A stretch of 64,000 bases of DNA from Azolla caroliniana (taxonomy: Eukaryota > Plantae > Polypodiophyta), in the NCBI GenBank assembly GCA_043228905.1, contig JBHGNT010000022.1, positions 5,332,001-5,396,000 of the forward strand, written 5' to 3'. A model generated the notes under the pieces. It saw only the letters and a list, made by a program, of their open reading frames with translations, searched no databases and had not been told where the DNA came from. A program made the translations under genes and the position numbers. How positions within the stretch are numbered: the stretch's first letter is position 1; each line of letters opens with the position of its first letter. Of the stretch, positions 36,776 through 48,495 are shown in pieces.

Positions 36776-37808
36776 CCGTTTCGATGCCGAAAACCGGAAG
36801 AAAACCAGCGACAATTTCTACACGATGGATGAAGAAAGTATGATCACCATCCGAGAGGAGTTTTCAGTGGACTTCTATGTGTTGGCCGAAGTACAGATAG
36901 ATGCCGTCCGGAAATTGCTCGAACAATTTGAAGATGATCAACTGCAGGCCACATTGGAGTTGGAAGCATATGAGCGGAAGCGAGGATGGAATGAAGTGGA
37001 GCAGAGAGCTGAATAGATAGATATTAGGGATGAAGAGCAACAAGTAGAGTTGGCAACCTCGACACAACAACAACCGGATCCAAAGCCAAAGATGCAGAGG
37101 ATGGAGCAAACAGAGATAGAGAGAATGGAACCTGAGCCAGAGATAGAAGCAAAGCAACAGAAGTCACAAATGCAGCAGTCCGAGCCGGAGATGCAGCATC
37201 AAACAAGGGGTGAAGAAGAACAACTGGAACCACTAGACCAAAGCATCTTGGACATACTTGACGAGGAATAAAGGAGTTGACCCATGGGTTCGACGTGCAA
37301 TGCATTGTCCCATGGGTGTGCCATGTGTTGGCTGAGGAAGGGTATGATGCAGAGGTAGAGGTGTGAACCAGAGGACGCATAAGGTCGGGGAATAATAGAT
37401 ACAATATAATAGATAAGTTGTATTAAGAAAGTGACGGATCCAGATAGTTGTAGCGATCCAGATCCGCACCATTTGTAATCAGGTAGCCAAATGAGGCACT
37501 GTTTTGTAACCTTACCGGATGCCTATATAAAGGGTCTGGATTGGTGTATGAACTATATAGAAGTAATGCGAGTAATATAGTTTATTGTTATCTTGTTGTC
37601 TATCTTGTGTACTTGCCGTTTGTGCCCCAACTTAGTTTCTCACGCGTGTAATTTATTGACGGATACGATGTATGTATTCCGGAATCATATTCGGATAGTT
37701 ATATTTATGAGTGACGCATAATAATCCATATCTCTGATCACCCCTTTGGATAAGTATTCCGGAAAGGGATACCTTACGTTAGTGGCCAAGTCTAGCCTAG
37801 GAGTGACA
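36776..37808 (+). mobile_element. 3' remnant of a diverged relative of the 5693-22990 family (extra-ORF C-terminus plus 3' LTR 37326-~37808)
   Basis: Peptides FYTMDEE...LEAYERKR and QLEPLDQSILDILDEE match the extra ORF; same 40-nt pre-LTR motif; LTR shares GGCACTGTTTTGTA, TATA and CCCTTTGG blocks. Confidence 0.82.
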
Positions 37809-39504
37809 AGGAGTTATTTGCAGTTATCCATGCGCTAAATTCATGGTGCCATTATCTTTATGGAAATCGTTTTGTGGTAACTACAGACCATGAGTCCTTG
37901 AAATATTTTTATGACCAAAGAGACCTTAAAGGTCATAAGGCATGATGGACAAATCTCATCCAGGACTTTGATTTTTCCATACGATATCGTAAAGGTTCCA
38001 TGAACATTGTTGCTTATGCACTAAGTCACATCCACGAAGTTAACATGCTTTAGCTTCATTGAGGTAACATTAGATCTTTATGATCACCTTTGAGGAAAGT
38101 ATCCTGATGACAGTTATTTTGCAAAATATTGTGCAAGAGTTGAGTCTGGAACAAAAATCACCACAAACTCAAAGGAATCCTTCCACATTGCTAACGGTTT
38201 GATCTACCATAATGGGAAGGTTTATGTTCCAGATTTTCCTGAGGTCAAAAAGAGAATTCTTTTAATGCCATGATGCACCCTCAGTAGGGCACCCTGGAAT
38301 ATATTGCACACTTGTTCTCATCGCCACTCAATTCTACTAGCCTAAGATGCGTCGTGACATGCATAGTTAAGTGACTAAATGTCACCAGTGTCAGGTTAAC
38401 AAAGTCGAGTGACTTAAAGCCGTTGGACTTTTACATCCGTTGGAAATTCCCAACAATAAGTGGGAAAGTATATCCATGGATTTTATTTTTAGCCTTCCTT
38501 GCACCCAAAAAGGCCATGATGAAATATGGGTTGTGGTTGATAAACTAACTAAAATGGCTAGATTTATTGGTACTAAAACTACAGTAACAACTCCTGAATT
38601 GGCTTACCGATGAGTTATTTTGTTTTTATGGATTACCGATGGATATCGTGAATGACCGAGATCCAAAGTTTACTAGTGACTTTTGGACGCAAGTCTTTAA
38701 GAAGTTAGAAACTACATTGAGCATGAGCTCCACGGATCATCCTCAATCCGATGGACAAACAAAACGAGTAAATCAAATTATTAAGGACATGCTTCGTGCA
38801 TATGTTGGTGCAAAACCAACAAAATGGGAAGGTTATCTCCCAAATTTGGAGTTTTCTTATAGGGTGAAAGCATGCGAGTGGAAACACTATTATAGCTAAT
38901 TAGCTACTAAAATGGCCCCAACTAATTAGCTAGTTGTTTTGTGTGAAAATCATAAGGATGGTTTACGAAATTTTATGTTTTATTAGTTAAATGCATGTCA
39001 TTTAATTTATAAGAATACTCATATATTTGAACTTTGGTTTCTGACGTAGTGGAACATGGGGAATAGTGCCATCATCTAAGGTCGACTTGAATGTCATCGA
39101 ATTCCTGATAATCCTGAGTTCGAGTTCAAACTCCAAACAGATGGAATACTCTGAGCATGAACGCAGACGAAGCTCCCGCAGCAGCACAAAAACTCTGAGA
39201 TCGACATTGCACCTTTAGAGCTACAACAGACGACCAAGTCGATCCTCATCTAGGTATGTATCAGTTACATATTAAAAAAACTTTTTTTTTTCCTTTCTGA
39301 TAATTGTCTGTAACTTTGGTGCCTATTCATCTTTCCCAAAAATCGAATAGGGTGAAGTTGTTGGAGTTCCAAACAAGGATGTCTCCAAGATCGGGGTGTA
39401 GCAGCAGGTGTGTTTCTGATTGACAGAATTTCGTAGTACAGTTGATTTCTACCTTTAGTGATGATTAGGGTTTGTGTTTCCCTTAGGTGGTTTAGGGTGG
39501 TTTC

Positions 39505-39595
39505 AAATTATAAATTTCAGATTACAAGTTTCTGGTTACAAATTTCTAATTACAAATTTCTAATTACAAATTTCTAATTACAAATTTCTGATTAG
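39505..39595. repeat. 14-bp tandem repeat TACAAATTTCTAAT in intron 1
   Basis: About six copies visible. Confidence 0.8.
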
Positions 39596-42429
39596 TGTCG
39601 CAATGTGTTGTAAATTTGCACCAATTCTCATGACAAAATCTGATTAGGGTTTCTGATTTTTTAAGTGGTTGATTTTTGATACATGTTGAAAAGGATAGAT
39701 TACAAATTTCAGATTACTATCTCAAACTATTGTAATTTTGCACCAAATTCGCATTAAAATTTCTATTTTTGCACCAATTCTGATAACTGATTTCCTATTT
39801 CAGGTGGCTCTTCCTCCCTATCCTAGAGTGCTGAACTTCTCAAAATTTTGCGAGACGAAGGAGGACTTTCACAACATATATGGTATGTCGCTCGAGGGTA
39901 TTGACCCTGCTGTTCTAACAGATAGATTGATTAGTGATGTAGATTGGATGTCAGTATATAAAGTGCCTAGAGTGAAAGGCAAGGTCAACCTCAAGCATGT
40001 ACGACCGGACCTGTACGACGACTGCATGAGACTGCAACAGAAAGTACATCAAGAGATCCCGTTCGACAACGAGTTGTCCGTTTCATTTGCCAGAGCTTTT
40101 GCATACGAGTATTGCAAAACAACGAAGGAATCTCGTGACCTTGAAATGTACAGGGTAGCTTGGGCAATTTATGGTGAGGCATCGGTAGAAAGATGTCGGA
40201 AGATGGGGAGCTTGCAACAAAAAATGGCAAGATTTTGGAGCATGGCAGTAACTGATGATGCAACTGCCGACTCCCAACAATCCCGCAAGTATACGCCACA
40301 CAGACACACAATGAAAGCCAATGTCGATGATATAGGTGAGACATTGATTAGCTATATGCTAAAAAATGTCCATGAAGCCTTTGAGACACTAGAGTTTTTT
40401 AAGACTGATTTAAAGAAAGCAACATTGGCTGTTGCGATGGAGAGCAAAGTCACTTTGGTAGTTATAACAATCAGAAATAAGATTCAGGTACCTATTGTTT
40501 TACTAGTATGAAATATCTTATAAATAACTTGTACATGAAAATGTGCTACTGAGGCATTATCTAGAACAGGTTGCTCAATAGGAGCTTGAAATTGAGGGGT
40601 CGCTAGATCCCCAATGGAAAATTCAACTACAGACAGAGATCTAGGTTCTTTAATGAGCCTGGACCTTCTAGGTGTAAATAATGTCGTAGATTACAGTTTC
40701 GACAAGCTACAAGTAAGTTAATGATTATTGTTTCTTGTTGTTGTATCTTCCTCATTAAGGAATAATTAATTGGTAAATTTCTCGGCTGCGTTGATGGGAC
40801 AATACTCCCATCAAGTACAGGTAGTTAGTTGCCTTAAGAAGCAGCTACATTTCGCGGAGGGGACTGTAAGGAGCAGACAAGAATTGGACCTGAACATTCT
40901 TGCTCCCTTACCAAATGAAGGAGAACCAGGAAACGATATATTGATTGTCCAAGCACGTTGCATTGCTTGTGGATTACGTGTAGAGGACAAACCTGCTACT
41001 CTATTTGTTCACCTCCAACCATGCCAACTAACATACCATATCATTTGTTTTCAATATGCCTGTTCCATTGTTGCATTCTGTTTGGGGGATTGTACTACCA
41101 CTCTCCCAGATGAGTGGAGAAAACTATCAGGTAAAATTGCTACTTGTGACCATAGTGTAGCTAATTAGTTCCATCTTCGCTAATTAGGTAAGCCGTATAA
41201 AGTGTGTAAACTATTTAGCTGTTATGGTTGTAGTGTAGTAGCTAATTAGCTAACATGTAGTTAATTAGCTAAGTGGTAGCTAATTAGTTACTACCATACT
41301 TTAACTGAGTAGCTAATTAGCTAAGTTGTAGCCAAATAGCTACTACCATAGTTTAGTTGAGTAACTAAGTACCTAAGTGCTAGCTAATTAGCTACTACCA
41401 TAGTTGAATACATTAGCTACTTATCTACTACCACAATTTAATTGAGTAACTAATTAGCTACTACCATAGTTTAGTACAATAGCTAATTAGCAAAGTGGTA
41501 GCTAATTAGGTACTGCCATACTTTAGCTGAGTAGCTAATTAGCTAAGTGGTAGGTAATTAGGTACTACCATAGCTTAGTACAGTAGCTAATTAGCGAAGC
41601 AGTAGCTAATTAGCTACTACCATACTTTAGCTAAGTGGTAGCTAATTAGCTACTACCATAGTTTAGTATAGTAGCTAATTAGCTAAGTGGTAGCTAATTA
41701 CCTACTACCATACTTTAGTTATAGTGGCTAATTAGCTAGTACCATACTATAGTATAGTAGCTAATTAGCTAAATGGTAGCTAATTAGCTACTACCATACT
41801 TTACCTGCGTAGCTAATTAGCTACTACCATACTTTACCTGCGTAGCTAATTAGCTACTACCATACTTTACCTGCGTAGCTAATTAGCCAACTGGTAGCTC
41901 ATTAGCTACTACCATACTTTAGCTGAGTAAGTAATTAGCTAAGTGGTAGGTAATTAGCTACTACCATAGTTTAGTACAGTAGCTAATTAGCTAAGTGGTA
42001 GCTAATTAGCTATTACCATACTTCAGTTATAGTGGCTAATTAGCTAGTACCATACTTTATTATAATAGCTAATTAGCTACTCCCATACTTTAGCTGAGTA
42101 GCTAATTAGCTAAGTGGTAGCTAATTAGCTACTACCATAGTTTAGTACAATAGCTAATTAGCTAAGTGGTAGGTAATTAGCTACTACCATACTTTAGTTA
42201 TAGTGGCTAATTAACTAGTACCATACTTTAGTACGGTAGCTAATTAGCTAAGTGGTAGTTAATTAGCTATTACCATACTTTAGTTGAGTAGCTAATTAAC
42301 TAAGTGGTAGCTAACTAGCTACTACCATACTTTAGTTCTAGTGGCTAATTAGCTAGTACGATACTTTAGCTGGTAGCTAATTAGCTACTACCATACTTTA
42401 GTATAGTAGCTAATTAGTTACGACCATAT

Positions 42430-45400
42430 TGATAGCGTGTATAAGACAAAGGATAGTTATACACAACATGGACGCTTGACCAAACCGATTAGATGGAGTT
42501 ATGAATCATAATATATTATATAGATCAAGGTATCTACGAATTAGAGAGAATGACTCAAGAAATTAGGAAAAAAGATTGAGAAGATGAGCAAAAAATAAGA
42601 ATATTCTCATATTCCACTATCAAGAGAATACAAAGGAGATAAACTCCACTAAAACCAAAGACCTTCCTCTTCTAAGACACTTCCTCTTCCACTAAGACAC
42701 CTCTTCCTAAGACTCCTCCTCCACTCTTAGGATTCCTCATCCACTCTTAGGATCCCCCACCTCCACTAAGACCTTCTTCTTTTATAACCTTCCTCTTCTT
42801 CCTCGTTCACGCTATTTTTAGAAGCTTTTTATCTCCCTATTTTTAGCTATGACACATCGACCTTCTAATCGTCATATCTCCCTTATCCGATCTCTAAATT
42901 AAGCGATTTAACAAGCTATAGAAAGCTCTCTTTACAAGCTTTCTAACCCATATTTCAACGTGATATTTGGGTATAAAAAGAGGGAGTTATGACCATTCTA
43001 TTTTTACTGTTTTTTATGGTCTACTTTTTCTCTTTTTACTTTTCTCTTGGTCTCTTACTTTTACTTTTGACTTCTTCCCTGAGCTCTTAGTTCGTGTTCT
43101 TATCCTCCAAATGTGAATTATCCATACTTTGTATCCATCTAGTGTTCAATGGTTTGAATTCAAAAAACACTTTCACATTTAGCCCTCCCCCTTGCTAGAG
43201 GCTAAGCCATTTATGGCGAAGCACTTAATGGTAGTACTTAACAAACGAAAGCTCTCTCGCCAATCTCTTGGCTATAGACAATGAGAGAGAGATAATCAAA
43301 AAGAAAATAAGAAGATGTGAGTAAAACCCCCGCTAATCGTTAGGAAAAACCTCTCACACACACACACACATTGACAATTGCCATCACCATCTTTCTCCTT
43401 GTTAACACAAAGAAAGAGGTTACTACAATTATTATATCTTTGTCAACTCTCCATACACAGGTAGGGCCATGGGATACATAACTCTTGATAGAAGTAAGCA
43501 TGTCAACATTTGAATGAATCTTTGGAGCGAGTGAACCTTTTGCACAAATACCTTTAAAGCTTCAAGATTTGTTAGAATGATCATCTTTTGAAGTACGTTG
43601 ATATTTGAATCATCCACATCTTCTTGGCACAACACTTTGTCCACACTACCTTGTTTGTATAAATGACCATTTGATCTACAATCTCATCTCGGAAAGGAAG
43701 TGAAATTTGATCTCGTTTGGTCGAATCATTCAAGGGTTTGAAATTGATCTCATTCTTCTTTGGAACCAAAACTATAGGTGACACACACTTCAAATCTTCC
43801 ATCTTATAATTGGAACTTTCTTGTAACCATGCGTTGAACTCTTGCATAAATTCTTCCCTTTGTTCAACACTCAATTGCCAAAGCTTTGGGGAAATTGATA
43901 CATTTTCCTTCAAGTTGATGTGGTATTTGTTCAAGCTTCTCCTCTTATCCCAAAACACTTGATGAACACATCCTTCACTATGCTTTCTGAAGATGGCCTA
44001 CTAATAGGAATTCCCACTTTGTTTACTTCAAATTGAGAAATCAAGCTTACCCTAGCACCACTATCAACCAGGGCATCTTTGATGTGAAACCCTTTGATGG
44101 AGACCGGGATGGTTGGACGTATGTACTTTCGATCTTCTACTCGCACGATCCCCACATAATGCACGGTCTTTCGACTTTGGCGAATACTTGCAAGACGCCT
44201 CCACTCCTTTCATAATGTAGGAGATAATTGGAGAAGTTGCGGTCATGTTATCCTTGGTCCACTTGATATCAACTCATGCTTCAAATTGAAAGCCTCTACA
44301 CACCTTCACCCATAGGAATGTCCTCCATCTTGATCTTCCTTCTAGAGTGTCTCCTTCTCAATTTCTCCCCTTTTTCATTCTCCTTAGACTTCTTCTTTTG
44401 TCTTGAGGCACTAGATTCTCCTTCAACTTCTTTCTCCTTTTGCGAGGACCTTGTCCTTTTCACAGGAGCTACTTCACAAGAACTATCACTATCATCAATA
44501 AAATTAAGAAGATTCACATTATGAGGAATTATAGGAACCTGAGCCATAGGGAGTGTTATGCCTCCTTCAACTTCATTGTTGTTAGGTCGTTGTCCATTCC
44601 TTTGCACTTGATACATGCCTCTTCCCATGCCTCTTTGTTGTCTATGAGGACATCTTGTTGAGATGTGTCCCTCCTCTTGACAAGAATAAAAAATTACACC
44701 TTGATGCCCTCTAGAGCCACCACCATCGGGAATAGTGTTGCGAATTGCTTGGGATTGTTGCAAGTGGGCCACCACTTCATCAAAGTGCCGATTCACCAAT
44801 GCCATTCTATCTTGTTCACTCTTCACTTGTTCCACTTCTTGGGATATACTTGTTGGGTTTATTGTTGTGGTGGTATACACATTTGGAAACACTTGTCCAC
44901 CATGCACAATTGAAGATGAGGCTTGAAAGTTAGCACGAGGCATCAAATTTGCACCCAAAGCCGTCATTTGGGGATCCCCCATGGAACTCATCATCTTCAC
45001 TCGTCGATCATAATCTTGACAAACTTGGAGAAGAGCTTGAAAAGTCGTTGGATCCTTCAAGCTTGCCTCCAAACGGAAATGCATATCAAGGCCCACCTTA
45101 AATTGTTCTATCTTAAACCACTCGTCTTCGGTGCCACCACGAAGACGAATCCACGTCGTCCACAATTCTTGGAAATTTCTTTCATACTCTAAAAAACCAA
45201 AAGGTGATTCCATCTTTAGTTGAAAAAGCTCCTCCCTTACCTCAGTTGCATTTTGCCATTGAATATATCTTGTACGAAATTGATGCACCAACAATTGATA
45301 TTCTCCTTGTTCATTTTGCGGAAGAGAGTCATACCAATCTCGAGCATGACCATAGAATGTAGCTACCAACAAGGGCAACTTTTCGTTGTCGGTGATGCGT

Positions 45401-46249
45401 CCAATAGAGATGGCCTGATGCTCAAAGCAGGCCAAAAAGGCACTAGCATCTTGTGTTCTTTCACCCGAAAATGCAAATTGCATAGCTAAGTTAATGTAAT
45501 ATAGTAACACAATTAAATGATAACTTCTCCTCCTATACGAAAAGGATTGGCCCTCCCTGGAGCGCCAAAAATGATAGCGTGTATAAGACAAAGGATAGTT
45601 ATACACAACATGGGGGCTTGACCAAACCAATTAGATGGAGTTATGAATCATAATATATTATATCGATCAAGGTATCCACGAATTAGAGAGAATGACTCAA
45701 GAAATTAAGAAAAAAGATTGAGAGGATGAGCAAGAAATAAGAATATTCTCATATTCCACTATCAAGAGAATACAAAGGAGATAAACTCCACTAAAACCAA
45801 AGACCTTCCTCTTCTAAGACACTTCCTCTTCCACTAAGACACCTCTTCCTAAGACTCCTCCTCCACTCTTAGGATCCCCCACCTCCACTAAGACCTTCTT
45901 TTATAACCTTCCTCTTCTTCCTCGTTCACGCTATTTTTAGAAGCTTTTTATCTCCCTATTTTTAGCTATGACACATCGACCTTCTAATCGTCATATCTCC
46001 CTTATCCAATCTCCAAATTAAGCGATTCAACGTGATATTTGGGTATAAAAAGAGGGAGTTATGACCATTCTATTTTTACTGTTTTTTATGGTCTACTTTT
46101 TCTCTTTTTACTTTTCTCTTGGTCTCTTACTTTTACTTTTGACTTCTTCCCTGAGCTCTTAGTTCATGTTCTTATCCTCCAAATGTGAATTATCCATACT
46201 TTATATCCATCTAGTGTTCAATGGTTTGAATTCAAAAAACACTTTCACA
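42430..46249 (-). mobile_element. Non-autonomous Ty3/gypsy-derived LTR element (gag, protease, RT relic only)
   Basis: TSD CATAT at 42425-42429 and 46250-46254; LTRs 42430-43177 and 45572-46249; PBS TGGCGCTCCAGGGAGGG 45551-45567; PPT ~43178-43193. Confidence 0.93.
44296..45483 (-). CDS. gag: Gag-like protein (~395 aa)
   Basis: FSGERTQDASAFL...ARDWYDSL...FRTRY retrotransposon-gag pattern; degenerate knuckle FYSCQEEGHISTRC; protease ALVDSGA follows at 43931-44164. Confidence 0.8.
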   Translation of the reverse strand: MQFAFSGERTQDASAFLACFEHQAISIGRITDNEKLPLLVATFYGHARDWYDSLPQNEQGEYQLLVHQFRTRYIQWQNATEVREELFQLKMESPFGFLEYERNFQELWTTWIRLRGGTEDEWFKIEQFKVGLDMHFRLEASLKDPTTFQALLQVCQDYDRRVKMMSSMGDPQMTALGANLMPRANFQASSSIVHGGQVFPNVYTTTTINPTSISQEVEQVKSEQDRMALVNRHFDEVVAHLQQSQAIRNTIPDGGGSRGHQGVIFYSCQEEGHISTRCPHRQQRGMGRGMYQVQRNGQRPNNNEVEGGITLPMAQVPIIPHNVNLLNFIDDSDSSCEVAPVKRTRSSQKEKEVEGESSASRQKKKSKENEKGEKLRRRHSRRKIKMEDIPMGEGV

Positions 46250-47383
46250 CATATTGACAAAGAGTAGCTAATTAGCTAAGTGGTAGCTAATTAGCTAGTA
46301 CCATACCTAAGTGAAGTAGCTAATTAGCTCAATGGTAGATAATTAGCTACTATCATAGTCTAGAAGAATAGCTAATTAGCGACCGTGTTGTTGTAGGATC
46401 TTGTGGATTAAGGAGGGTGCATGAGGTGTCTGGTGTTGATGACGCTACAACCGATGAGGAAATAGTTGCCAACGTGGCTGAAAGCAAGAGCCCTGGTATC
46501 ACATCTCCTTTAGATCAGCTCCACCCTATTCTTTTGGAAGATGGTACTGAATTAAGCAACGATGTGAAAAGCCATGAAATATTGGAAAGAACATGTAAAT
46601 CTGAGGTTCACAACAATAATGTTTTTGAACACTTGATGCAACATTTCTTCGAATCCCAAATCCTTGATTCCACCCCACTGAGCCCAACTACTGATAATGT
46701 CCAAACAGATCCCACTGTGCTGGAAAAGCTAGCACAAGACATGACTGACGTGCAAGCCATTGCTGAGGTGATGGAAAGGTGGTCAAAGAAGGTCACACTT
46801 GTGCAATGGGTCAAAGAAGCAAGGCTAAATGGGCAACCAGCCAGAAAAAGGTTGAAGAAGGGGCCACGATCGGGGGCAAGACCAGTTACTCGGTCAAGGG
46901 GCTCTTGAATTGGAGCGAAATACTTGTTAGTGGGATATGATTGTTAGCGATTTTCCTAGGGTTTTATGAAGTTTTACTATGATCTATTTGGACAAGTAAA
47001 ACCTTAGATTGGTTGTTGCTTGATCCACATTATGTAATGGAACTCTATGACATTTCTCCAAGATAATTATGTTCATGTAGTTCTATGATGGAAAATATTT
47101 CATGTTCATTATGTTGTTTTGTGAGACTGTTAGTTACTTTGCGAGTGTGAATATGTTGGTGTTTTCTGATGTTGCAGAGTCTAAAGGGTTTGAATCTATT
47201 GCTCCTAAGGCCAATGGCAATGTGGAAAATGTTGATGTTGTTGCGTGTTTAGAGGGCCACATCTTGAAAGTAGATATAACAACTGACACAAATGATCTGG
47301 TCATGCAAGTTGATCAAGCATGTTGCACAGATGATCTGATTTTGTAGGTAGATACAACATGTGATACCAGTGGGCTGATATCG

Positions 47384-48060
47384 ATGAGATTAGTATCGAC
47401 ATGCATTGAGCCAATGACTAAGTCGACAACACAAGAGCACCAGAATGTGAAGCTAGGCCCAACACAATTGACCAGGGGTTTGAAGAGGAAAAGGACACCA
47501 ATTGTGCTAACAAAACCTGAGTTGATTGAAATTGATCGTGTGCTACCAATAATTGGTGTAACAAAGGCTCAGTTACAGGAATGGAAACCTAAACCATTAG
47601 AAGTCGAAAGAAGACCCTTGATCTTGGAGCTTGATAAAGTCATGATGAGTGTACGATATATGACACCAAGGAGGGACGCAAATCAATTTCTGGAGTGGGC
47701 TATGCAATACTTTGATTTGTGTATTTGAAGTGAAAAACCACGTACAGATGTGTGGAAGTGTGTAGAAAGATTCTTCCCAAAGTGGCAACAACATTTCAAG
47801 GGTCAGTGGACATGAGAGAATTGTGAGCAGATTGATGTTGCAAGATTCAAAAGACTTTCTGATTTTTGGGCCACTTGGCTAGATTATAATGCCAACAATA
47901 CTTTGATTCTAGATACAGAGCATTTCCGGCATTACTTCAACATTCACAGATGTTGTCTCATTCTACCCAATGAAATGCATGAACATTACTTGGTGAAAAC
48001 ATGGAGCTGCTAACCACCTACATGGTTGTGGACTCCATATTGAGCTTCGTATGCAGATCA
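47384..48060 (+). pseudogene. FCP1/NIF (HAD-family) phosphatase-like domain relic inside the DNA transposon
   Basis: Manual translation: PLILELDKVM...PRRDANQFLEWAMQYFDLCI*S...WT*ENC...KRLSDFW...NNTLILD...N follows NIF motif order; two in-frame TGA stops. Confidence 0.65.
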
Positions 48061-48495
48061 TATATGTAGAGAAGTTCCATTGACCAGCAAGAGCTTAGCT
48101 GTTTATAGGTGATTTGAAGACATTGGCAGTGGGATGTTATAAATGTGTAATTTGCTACCACTTAATCAATGAAGAATTAAATTGCTTGTTTTGAGTAATT
48201 TATCTACTGTGTAAATTTAAGAGTACATGGTTCACTTATGCAAACTATTTTAACTTGTACATGGTTCACTTGAGTAAATCTGTATCTCAGAAAGAAGAAC
48301 CCTAAACGATATTACTAAACTGTATTGTATCAGAAAGAAGACTATATATAAAAGAGACGCACGATTTTATTGAGAAAGAAGCACAAAGTAGACTGTATAT
48401 AAAAAAAACACTCCCAAACAGGTCCATTAAATTGTTTATTTGCAATACATGTGCTTTGTTTGTTTTACAAGAAAACTAGTAATTGCTACTTGTAG

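Larger units (their letters stand above)
41157..46380. repeat. TAGCTAATTAGCTA palindrome array 1 (41157-42424 and 46263-46380), interrupted by an LTR element
   Basis: Dozens of copies with alternating spacers AGTGG and CTACCATA(C/G)TTTAG... Confidence 0.95.
39141..46908 (+). pseudogene. Spliced accessory gene of the DNA transposon (helical domain, RING-like Zn finger, acidic tail with NLS-like end)
   Basis: Predicted exons ~39141-39253, 39804-40487, 40570-40712, ~40821-41130, 46397-46908 with GT-AG ends; the 41130/46397 splice keeps frame; exons 1 and 3 carry stops. Confidence 0.65.

Noticed and set aside
38885-38895. CACTA terminus suggesting an En/Spm element
   Set aside because: It overlaps the inner end of the GGG...CCC TIR, has no matching TAGTG at the right end, and no TnpD motifs were seen.
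23784-46254. Same TSD CATAT for two unrelated elements
   Set aside because: Two cases of an AT-rich 5-mer; chance is sufficient.
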